64,000 nucleotides of DNA, taken from the NCBI GenBank assembly GCA_963676165.1, contig OY781043.1:2122793-2186792 (forward strand), written 5' to 3'. Under the pieces are notes generated by a model. That model saw only the letters and a list, made by a program, of their open reading frames with translations. It made no database searches and was not told the DNA's origin. This stretch comes from Bacteroidales bacterium (GTDB lineage: Bacteria; Bacteroidota; Bacteroidia; Bacteroidales; ML635J-15). The translations under genes were made by a program, and so were the position numbers. Shown here in pieces: positions 37,943 to 48,042 of this stretch (position 1 is the first letter of the stretch; each line of letters begins with the position of its first letter).

Positions 37943-40900
37943 ATGAGCAAAAAAATATTAGGACTCGACTTAGGAACCAACAGCATTGGTTGGGCGTTGG
38001 TTGATCAAGATTTCGAAAACAAAAATGGAAATATTGACGGGCTGGGGAGTAGAATTATCCCGATGAGTCAGGATATCCTTGGCAATTTTGATGCCGGACA
38101 ATCTCACTCACAAACTGCTGACAGAACAAGCTACAGGGGCATTCGCAGATTGTACCAAAGAAATAATTTAAGACGAGAAAGATTGCATAGAGTATTAAAT
38201 ATCTTAGGTTTTTTACCAGAACATTATGCAGACAATATTGACTTTAACAACAAATTGGGACAATTTAAACCAAATACCGAGGTCAAATTAAATTATTGTA
38301 AAAATTCAGATGGTAAATATGAGTTTATTTTCAAAAACTCATTTTACGAAATGATGAATGAATTTAAACAAAAGCAACCAGAGCTATTCTACACGAACAA
38401 CAAAGGAGTTGAAACAAAAATACCATATGACTGGACAATCTATTATTTAAGAAAAAAAGCATTAACAAACAGAATTACCAAAGAGGAGTTGGCTTGGCTA
38501 ATATTGAACTTCAATCAAAAGCGTGGATATTATCAACTAAGAGGAGAAGATATTGAAGAGGATAAAAACAAACAATTCGTTCAATTAAAGGTAAAAGAAC
38601 TAGTTGACACAGGCGGTGAAGTTAAAGGCAAAAAACTATATGATGTTATTTTTGAAAATGGTTGGAAATATGATCGTCAAATTGTTAAAACAGAAGATTG
38701 GATAGACCGCACAAAGGAATTTATTGTTACAATTTCAACATTAAAAACTGGAGAACTAAAATATTCTTACAAAGCTGTTGATTCTGAAAAGGATTGGATT
38801 GCAATAAAAACAAAAACAGAACAAGACATTGAAAAATCTGACAAAACTGTAGGACAATATATATACGACACATTACTGGATAATCCAACTCAAAAAATAA
38901 GAGGAAGTTTAGTAAAAACTATTGAACGCAAGTTTTATAAAGAAGAATTTAAACAAATACTTACAAAACAAATTGAATTACAACCCGACTTATTTACGGA
39001 CGAAAAATATCTAAAATGTGTTGAAGAGTTATATCCAAGAAATGAAGCACACCAGAACAGTATTAAACAACTTGGTTTTTTGTATTTATTCATGGATGAC
39101 ATTATTTTTTATCAACGTCCATTAAAGAGTCAAAAATCTAACATTTCAGGTTGTCAGTTAGAATTTCGCAAATACAAACGAAAAAACAGCGAAACAGGGA
39201 TTGAAGAGACAATCAAGGAACCAATAAAAGCGATTTCAAAATCGCATCCTCTCTTTCAAGAATTCAGGACTTGGCAATGGATACAAAACCTGCGCATTTA
39301 TGACACTACAGGATTAATGTCAGACATAACAAAAGAGCTCCTAAAGCATGAAAACGATTGGGTTGAACTATTTGAGTTTTTACAATCTAAAAAAGAAGTT
39401 GAACAGAAACATATAATCAAATACTTTATTGATAAGAAACTAATTGACAAAGCAAATAAAGAAAATTACCGTTGGAATTATGTTGAAGATAAAAAATATC
39501 CATTTGCTGAAACTCATTCACAATTTATAAATCGTTTAAAAAAGATACCAGGCATCAATAATCCTGAGCTTTTTCTCTCAGAAAAAACATTAGTAGGCAG
39601 TTCAGAAAATGGACAATACATTTCAAGAGAAGAACAATTATGGCACATTATTTATTCAATTTCTGATTTAAACGACTACATATCTGCCCTTGGAAAATTT
39701 GCATTAAAACATAATATAAGTAAAGAGAATTTCATAGAAAGTTTCAAAAAATTCCCTCCATTTAACAGTGATTATGCAAGCTACTCAAAAAAAGCGCTGA
39801 ATAAGTTAGTGCCACTAATGCGAATGGGAAAATACTGGAATGAAAATTTAATTAACTCGTTAGTTATAGAAAGAGCAAATTCAATTATGGAAAGAGTTAA
39901 TGCTTTGAACGTGAAGGAAGATTATTCCGAAAAAGATCTAAAGAACGCTCTTTCCCAAGTATGTGATGATGACATCAACAAACAACTTGTTAAAAGTTTC
40001 ATTCCATTTAAAGGCAAAACGCCAACAAAAGGTTTAAATACTTACCAGGCAACTTATTTGGTTTATAGAAGACATTCGGAAACAGGGGACATTCAAAAAT
40101 GGACAACTCCTGCAGACATTGACATCTTTTTAAAGAATTTCAAACAACATTCATTAAGAAATCCAATTGTAGAGCAAGTGGTAACAGAAACACTACGTGT
40201 AGTTAAAGATATTTGGAATTTTTATGGAAAAGGGGAAAAAGGATTTTTCAATGAAATACATGTTGAACTTGGCAGAGAAATGAAAAACCCTGCAGATAAG
40301 CGTAAAAGATTATCGCAAAAAAACTCGGAAAACGAAAATACAAATCACCGGATTAAAGAGTTGTTAAAGGAATTAATGGAGGATAATTCAGTTGAAGGAA
40401 ATGTCAAATCATATTCTCCAAGTCAACAAGAACTATTGAAAATATATGAAGAAGGTATCTTTCAAAACCCAAACGCTAAATATGAAAAAATTAGTGAGGA
40501 TGAAATAGCCAAAATTCGAAAAAACAGTACCCCATCACCAAAAGATATTCAACGCTACCGACTCTGGCTTGAGCAAGGTTATATATCACCATATACCGGA
40601 AAATTGATTGGATTAAGTGACTTATTCACTGAAAAATACCAAATTGAGCACATCATACCTCAATCAAGATATTTTGATAATTCACTGAGCAATAAGGTCA
40701 TATGTGAAAGTGATGTAAATCAAGACAAAGGCAATAAAACTGCTTATGAATATTTAAAAAACAACAATGGTAGTATCATAAACGGGCACAAACTGTTTTC
40801 ACTTGAAGAATACGAAACACATGTAAACAAATATTTCAAAAATAACGACCAAAAACGTAAAAACCTTTTAAGCGAAGATATCCCTGAAGGGTTTATTAAT

Positions 40901-42472
40901 CGGCAAATGAATGACAGTCGGTATATTAGTAGGTTGGTTAAAGGCTTATTGAGCAATATCGTACGTCAAGATGGTGAGCAAGAAGCTACTTCAAAGCATT
41001 TATTACCTGTAACTGGTGCTGTAACATCAAAATTGAAAAATGACTGGGGTTTAAATGACAAATGGAACGAAATTATTGCACCACGTTTTAAGCGATTAAA
41101 CGAAATAACTAAAACAAATAATTTCGGCTTTTGGGATAATGATATAAATGCATTTCGCATTCAAGTGCCCGATGAAATTAGTAAAGGCTTTAACAAAAAA
41201 CGCATCGACCATAGACACCATGCGCTTGATGCGTTAGTCATAGCATGTACAACACGAGACCACACGCATTATTTAAGTGCTTTAAATGCCGAACACGAAA
41301 ACTATAGTCTAAAGGATAAGTTGTTAGTTAAAAACAAACAAGGTGATTTTACAAAGCACTTTCAAATGCCATGGAATGGATTTGCAACAGATGCAAAGAA
41401 TGAATTAGAAAAAACCATCATCAGCTTTAAACAAAACACAAGAGTAATTAATAAAACCAATAATAAATTTTGGAGTTACAAAGATGAAAATGGCAATCTA
41501 AACATTGGTAAAGATGGAAAACAAAAAAAGAAATTACGAAAACAAACCAAAGGTGATAATTGGGCTATACGTAAGGCACTACATAAAGAAACTGTTTCTG
41601 GCGTCTATAATATAGATACACCAAAAGGGAAAATTGCCACATCAGTGCGCACTTCTCTTGCTGATATAAAGAACGAAAAGCATTTGGACAAAATTACTGA
41701 TCAAAGAATTAAGGAAGTTATTTTACCAAATCATTTAAAGAAATACTTGGATGAGAAAGGAAAACCAAAATTTGATGTTGCTTTTAGTCCGGAAGGTATA
41801 GAAGATTTAAACAAAAATATTATTGAGCTTAATAATGGCAAAAAGCATCAACCTATCCGTAAAGTTAAAATGTACGAAGTTGGTAGTAAGTTTTCCGTTT
41901 CCGAAGAAATAAACTCCGCAAAAAGTAAAAAGTATGTTGAAGCGGCTAAAGGCACAAACCTTTTCTTTGCAATTTATTGGGATGAAAAAAAGCAAAAACG
42001 GAATTACGACACTGTTCCATTAAATGAAGTCATAGCTCACCAAAAAGAGGTTGCAATTTTACCTAAAGAAGAAAGAACTCCGATTCAAGCTAAACCAGAG
42101 AAAGGAAAATTTCTATTTACCCTCTCTCCAAACGACCTAGTTTATGTCCCAACCGATGAGGAAATGGAATACCCTCACAATGTTGACTTTAATAACTTTA
42201 GCAAAGAACAAGTAAACCGATTATATAAATTCACAGATTCAAGTGACACAACAGGGAATTTTATACCCCTCTGTATCGCTAATCTAATTTTCAATCTAAA
42301 TAAAAAAGAACAAGAAAAACAAAATACTAGTTACATTATTCAAAATGAATTTGGTCTTGGAAGTCCACAATCAAAAAATCAAAAATCGTTAGATGAAATT
42401 ATGATAAAAGAAAGATGCTGGAAAATCAAAACAGATCGACTTGGAAACATTATTGATGTGATCAAAGGATAA
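37943..42472 (+). CDS. cas9: Type II-C Cas9 (large Bacteroidota type, 1509 aa)
   Basis: RuvC-I GLDLGTNSIG, Arg-rich bridge helix, RuvC-II HVELGRE, HNH YQIEHIIPQSRYFDNSLSNKV...NQDKGN, RuvC-III HRHHALDA. No csn2 or cas4 in the locus. Confidence 0.98.
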   Translation: MSKKILGLDLGTNSIGWALVDQDFENKNGNIDGLGSRIIPMSQDILGNFDAGQSHSQTADRTSYRGIRRLYQRNNLRRERLHRVLNILGFLPEHYADNIDFNNKLGQFKPNTEVKLNYCKNSDGKYEFIFKNSFYEMMNEFKQKQPELFYTNNKGVETKIPYDWTIYYLRKKALTNRITKEELAWLILNFNQKRGYYQLRGEDIEEDKNKQFVQLKVKELVDTGGEVKGKKLYDVIFENGWKYDRQIVKTEDWIDRTKEFIVTISTLKTGELKYSYKAVDSEKDWIAIKTKTEQDIEKSDKTVGQYIYDTLLDNPTQKIRGSLVKTIERKFYKEEFKQILTKQIELQPDLFTDEKYLKCVEELYPRNEAHQNSIKQLGFLYLFMDDIIFYQRPLKSQKSNISGCQLEFRKYKRKNSETGIEETIKEPIKAISKSHPLFQEFRTWQWIQNLRIYDTTGLMSDITKELLKHENDWVELFEFLQSKKEVEQKHIIKYFIDKKLIDKANKENYRWNYVEDKKYPFAETHSQFINRLKKIPGINNPELFLSEKTLVGSSENGQYISREEQLWHIIYSISDLNDYISALGKFALKHNISKENFIESFKKFPPFNSDYASYSKKALNKLVPLMRMGKYWNENLINSLVIERANSIMERVNALNVKEDYSEKDLKNALSQVCDDDINKQLVKSFIPFKGKTPTKGLNTYQATYLVYRRHSETGDIQKWTTPADIDIFLKNFKQHSLRNPIVEQVVTETLRVVKDIWNFYGKGEKGFFNEIHVELGREMKNPADKRKRLSQKNSENENTNHRIKELLKELMEDNSVEGNVKSYSPSQQELLKIYEEGIFQNPNAKYEKISEDEIAKIRKNSTPSPKDIQRYRLWLEQGYISPYTGKLIGLSDLFTEKYQIEHIIPQSRYFDNSLSNKVICESDVNQDKGNKTAYEYLKNNNGSIINGHKLFSLEEYETHVNKYFKNNDQKRKNLLSEDIPEGFINRQMNDSRYISRLVKGLLSNIVRQDGEQEATSKHLLPVTGAVTSKLKNDWGLNDKWNEIIAPRFKRLNEITKTNNFGFWDNDINAFRIQVPDEISKGFNKKRIDHRHHALDALVIACTTRDHTHYLSALNAEHENYSLKDKLLVKNKQGDFTKHFQMPWNGFATDAKNELEKTIISFKQNTRVINKTNNKFWSYKDENGNLNIGKDGKQKKKLRKQTKGDNWAIRKALHKETVSGVYNIDTPKGKIATSVRTSLADIKNEKHLDKITDQRIKEVILPNHLKKYLDEKGKPKFDVAFSPEGIEDLNKNIIELNNGKKHQPIRKVKMYEVGSKFSVSEEINSAKSKKYVEAAKGTNLFFAIYWDEKKQKRNYDTVPLNEVIAHQKEVAILPKEERTPIQAKPEKGKFLFTLSPNDLVYVPTDEEMEYPHNVDFNNFSKEQVNRLYKFTDSSDTTGNFIPLCIANLIFNLNKKEQEKQNTSYIIQNEFGLGSPQSKNQKSLDEIMIKERCWKIKTDRLGNIIDVIKG

Positions 42473-42488
42473 TACAGAGTTGTTTAAG

Positions 42489-43148
42489 ATGCATTTCAAA
42501 GAAGGACATATCTTTCACATTTACAATCAAGGGAATAATCGTCAGCTGATTTTCTTTGGGCGGGAGAATTATTTCTTCTTTTTGGATAAAATAGGTGAAC
42601 ATGTTTTCCCTTTCGGTGATATTTTTGCTTATTGCCTGATGCCGAACCACTTTCATATCATGATGCAAGTAAATTCAGTGGTTTTGGATGGTGAAACATT
42701 AGTTGAGGGAGCGACTGCCTTTACTCGGAGCGCGACTCAGAGTCGCACTTCGAGTAAAGGTAGCAGGGAAAGACGCAACCCCAAAATCACGAATTTAAAC
42801 AAGGAAATCGGAATAATGCTGGCTTCCTACACCAGGGCAATCAATAAACAAAATGGCTGGTCGGGATCTTTATTTCGACAGAAAACCAAAGCAGAATGCC
42901 TTACCGAGATCAGCGACATTACACCTTCTTTTTACAATACGGATTCAGGCACAAGAATTCATCTTCCGAATCCAAAGTCAAATTATCCTCAGAACTGCTT
43001 TGATTACATTCACAACAATCCAGTTAAAGCAGGTTTGGTAAGAAAACCTGAGGATTGGGAATTTTCATCTTACCTCAATTATTATGAAAATACGGAAAAT
43101 TCATTGATCAACCAATATGCGGCAAGAAATGCTGGCCTTCGATATTAA
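42489..43148 (+). CDS. REP-associated tyrosine transposase (RAYT; HUH/Y1, IS200/IS605 superfamily) between cas9 and cas1
   Basis: FHIYNQGNNRQ.IF, AYCLMPNHFH (HUH), SGSLF and YIHNNPVKAG...W.FSSY (catalytic Tyr region); intact ORF. ATG 42489, or alternative TTG 42480. Confidence 0.9.
   Translation: MHFKEGHIFHIYNQGNNRQLIFFGRENYFFFLDKIGEHVFPFGDIFAYCLMPNHFHIMMQVNSVVLDGETLVEGATAFTRSATQSRTSSKGSRERRNPKITNLNKEIGIMLASYTRAINKQNGWSGSLFRQKTKAECLTEISDITPSFYNTDSGTRIHLPNPKSNYPQNCFDYIHNNPVKAGLVRKPEDWEFSSYLNYYENTENSLINQYAARNAGLRY
42715..42763. repeat. 49-bp REP-like imperfect palindrome inside the RAYT coding sequence
   Basis: CTGCCTTTACTCGGAGCGCGACTC-A-GAGTCGCACTTCGAGTAAAGGTAG; 21 of 24 arm positions are complementary. 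Confidence 0.85.
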
Positions 43149-43202
43149 TTATTGTCACTCGAATTAAATTTCAAAAGCATCATAAACTAAAATATTCGCA
43201 TT

Positions 43203-44436
<1,234 letters not shown>

Positions 44437-44473
44437 ACAATAAATTTTAGACTCGTGCAAAACCATAATAAAA

Positions 44474-44506
44474 AGAAAAAACCGATGACTGAACATCGGT
44501 TTTTCT
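44474..44506. terminator. Bidirectional hairpin between the cas operon (+) and the array transcript (-)
   Basis: AAAAACCGATG-ACTGAA-CATCGGTTTTT. Confidence 0.7.
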
Positions 44507-44558
44507 CATTCTGATACTTTCTTTAACACAATGAATTACAAACAATTATTCATCATAC

Positions 44559-46570
44559 GTTGTAATTCAATACGTCAAAGATACAAATTGAAAGCAAATC
44601 ACAACTGATAAGGCATATATTAGAAATTTGAGTATGTTGTAATTCAATACGTCAAAGATACAAATTGAAAGCAAATCACAACAAAACTTGTAGCGAAAAC
44701 TGCCAATAAAATGTTGTAATTCAATACGTCAAAGATACAAATTGAAAGCAAATCACAACTGCATCTTCAATACTTTCGCATTGCCAATCCGTTGTAATTC
44801 AATACGTCAAAGATACAAATTGAAAGCAAATCACAACATTATACTGAATTTTTTAAAAATCTCTTAGTTGTAATTCAATACGTCAAAGATACAAATTGAA
44901 AGCAAATCACAACTACTGATTTTTCTGATTTTACTTCTTTTTGTTGTAATTCAATACGTCAAAGATACAAATTGAAAGCAAATCACAACTCTCCACTATC
45001 TAAATCATCCAATGTACCTGTTGTAATTCAATACGTCAAAGATACAAATTGAAAGCAAATCACAACGGTATTGGTTGCATCCAGTTAAGTAAAAGCGTTG
45101 TAATTCAATACGTCAAAGATACAAATTGAAAGCAAATCACAACATTGGGAGCGCATTGTATTTTGTTTGATAAGTTGTAATTCAATACGTCAAAGATACA
45201 AATTGAAAGCAAATCACAACAGATAGTTGCCATTTTCTTCTTGTTCTCGTGTTGTAATTCAATACGTCAAAGATACAAATTGAAAGCAAATCACAACCTA
45301 AAAGCTTGTTTTTTTCATTTTGATAGAGTTGTAATTCAATACGTCAAAGATACAAATTGAAAGCAAATCACAACTAGAGATCATACACGGCTTTAAATGA
45401 TTCGTTGTAATTCAATACGTCAAAGATACAAATTGAAAGCAAATCACAACATGAAAGTCATATGGTAAAAAATCCAATTGGTTGTAATTCAATACGTCAA
45501 AGATACAAATTGAAAGCAAATCACAACTAACACCTCTGTATCTCTTTCCATATGGAAGTTGTAATTCAATACGTCAAAGATACAAATTGAAAGCAAATCA
45601 CAACAAATAAATGAGCTTCTCGCACTCCAGATTGGTTGTAATTCAATACGTCAAAGATACAAATTGAAAGCAAATCACAACATAATATCCATTTGTAAAT
45701 ACATACGTATTGTTGTAATTCAATACGTCAAAGATACAAATTGAAAGCAAATCACAACTAACACCTCTGTATCTCTTTCCATATGGAAGTTGTAATTCAA
45801 TACGTCAAAGATACAAATTGAAAGCAAATCACAACAAATAAATGAGCTTCTCGCACTCCAGATTGGTTGTAATTCAATACGTCAAAGATACAAATTGAAA
45901 GCAAATCACAACGATCTTTCTAATGTCTTGTAACCTGGTATTGTTGTAATTCAATACGTCAAAGATACAAATTGAAAGCAAATCACAACAACATTTAATT
46001 AATTACTACATGACAAATAGTTGTAATTCAATACGTCAAAGATACAAATTGAAAGCAAATCACAACCTTCTGTGCTTAATTCAAATTTTGTGCTTCGTTG
46101 TAATTCAATACGTCAAAGATACAAATTGAAAGCAAATCACAACTGCATCTTCAATACTTTCGCATTGCCAATCCGTTGTAATTCAATACGTCAAAGATAC
46201 AAATTGAAAGCAAATCACAACATTATACTGAATTTTTTAAAAATCTCTTAGTTGTAATTCAATACGTCAAAGATACAAATTGAAAGCAAATCACAACTAC
46301 TGATTTTTCTGATTTTACTTCTTTTTGTTGTAATTCAATACGTCAAAGATACAAATTGAAAGCAAATCACAACTGAGACGTCCTGTCGGAGCCATTGTAA
46401 AAGTTGTAATTCAATACGTCAAAGATACAAATTGAAAGCAAATCACAACCCGGAATCTTTCCTGATAATTTCAATATGGGTTGTAATTCAATACATCAAA
46501 CCTGCCAGCCTACTAAAAAATAATATGGCAGGCTGGGATACATTTTGAAAGCGACGTAGGAGATTCACGA
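44559..46570 (-). CRISPR. CRISPR array: 25 identical 47-nt repeats, 25 spacers of 29-31 nt (20 unique), and one disrupted terminal repeat
   Basis: Plus-strand repeat GTTGTAATTCAATACGTCAAAGATACAAATTGAAAGCAAATCACAAC; first copy 44559-44605, last intact copy 46403-46449, broken copy from 46480. Minus-strand transcription is inferred from tracrRNA complementarity. Confidence 0.98.
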
Positions 46571-46714
46571 ATTCCTTTAAAAATAAACACTCAATGAGTA
46601 AAGCAAATCATCCTTCGACCAAAGATACGATAATTCAGGTTGATTCCCCCATCCTTTTGATAAACACTAAAAATTATGTATCTTTAAGCAAAGACAACGA
46701 AAAAAATAAAACCA

Positions 46715-47977
46715 ATGTCCGAAGACCTCCTACAATTCATCTGGAAACAACAAGCATACACCAATGTCTGTAAAACAATTTCTGGGAAAGCGTTTGAAGT
46801 CATTCATCCTGGTGAACATAATATGGATGCTGGTCCTGACTTTTTTAATGCACGCATTAAAATCGATGGAACAATTTGGGCGGGCAATGTTGAAATTCAC
46901 ACCAAAACCAGCGAATGGAATAATCACAAACACCAAAACGATCCAGCCTATAATAATGTGATTTTGCATGTTGTTGCAGAAAACGACAAAGTCATTAGCA
47001 CTCAAGATGGACGTGAACCCGAAACTTGGGTTATGGATTTTCCAGATGCATATAGCAATGCATGGATAGATTTATTGCAAAGCTTAAGATGGATACCTTG
47101 CGAACACCTCATTCACACCATTCGCCCTTTGGATATTTTAATGTGGATGCAACGTTTGGCAGTGGAAAGATTAGAGTATAAAGCCAAAGACATACAAAAT
47201 GAGCTTATGCCTGACAATCCAGATATGGACACCATGTTTTTTCGCACACTTACCCGTTATTTTGGCTTTAATACCAATCAAATTCCTTTCGACATGCTTG
47301 GAAAAAGCTTAAAATGGCAACAAATTGCAAAACACAGAAGCAACTTAACTCAAATTGAGGCCTTACTTTTCGGGCAAGCAGGATTTCTTGCTGGCGAATT
47401 GAAAGACAGCTATTTCATGAGCTTAAAACGCGAATACAAATTACTAAAAACGAAATTTAATCTTCAACCAATTGATGCCCAGCTATGGAAATTCTCACGC
47501 ATGCGACCAGGCAATTTTCCATCCATTCGAATTGCCCAATTAGCAATGCTACTCCATCAAAACGAGCGATTTTTCTCAAAAATTCTTGAAAGCAATAGCC
47601 TACCACATTTAGAAGCACTTTTTAATACCGAAGTTTCTGATTATTGGAAATCGCATTATCGATTTGGAGAAGAAAGTAAAACACAGAAAAAACGCTTAGG
47701 CAAATCGTCCAGAGAAACACTTTTAATCAATGCCATTATACCTATGCTCTTTTTATATGGCGACATAAAAAAGGATCAAATCTTAAAAGACAAAGCCATT
47801 CATTTTCTGGAAGATATAAAAGCAGAAAACAACAGCATCATTCGCAAATGGGCAGACCTTGGAATTGAAGCCGAAAACGCAATGGAAACCCAATCCCTCA
47901 TTCATTTAAAAAAGCATTATTGCAATCCAAAAAAGTGCTTAAACTGTCAAATAGGACAAATCCTTGTTCTCAGCTAA
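46715..47977 (+). CDS. DUF2851 family protein
   Basis: MSEDLLQFIW, GPDFFNARI, WAGNVEIH, VILHVV, RMRPGNFP, terminal CLNCQIG. Confidence 0.9.
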   Translation: MSEDLLQFIWKQQAYTNVCKTISGKAFEVIHPGEHNMDAGPDFFNARIKIDGTIWAGNVEIHTKTSEWNNHKHQNDPAYNNVILHVVAENDKVISTQDGREPETWVMDFPDAYSNAWIDLLQSLRWIPCEHLIHTIRPLDILMWMQRLAVERLEYKAKDIQNELMPDNPDMDTMFFRTLTRYFGFNTNQIPFDMLGKSLKWQQIAKHRSNLTQIEALLFGQAGFLAGELKDSYFMSLKREYKLLKTKFNLQPIDAQLWKFSRMRPGNFPSIRIAQLAMLLHQNERFFSKILESNSLPHLEALFNTEVSDYWKSHYRFGEESKTQKKRLGKSSRETLLINAIIPMLFLYGDIKKDQILKDKAIHFLEDIKAENNSIIRKWADLGIEAENAMETQSLIHLKKHYCNPKKCLNCQIGQILVLS

Positions 47978-48042
47978 ATTTTCTTGCACCGCTTTCGCTT
48001 TCAAAAAAATGTTTAACTTGCAATCAGTGAAAAAACGTTGTT

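Noticed and set aside
42489-43148. Reading the Y1 gene as an autonomous IS200/IS605 element or a TnpB/IscB system
   Set aside because: No tnpB or iscB, no subterminal hairpins and no room for IS ends; the motifs are RAYT-type.
44606-46479. Self-targeting spacers within the window
   Set aside because: By eye I found only short chance matches (e.g. spacer 9 versus ACAAGAAGAAAATG near 48693). An exhaustive search was not possible.
44606-46479. Apparent purine or coding-strand bias of crRNA spacers
   Set aside because: Several spacers fit but spacers 1 and 2 do not; it cannot be tested without protospacers.
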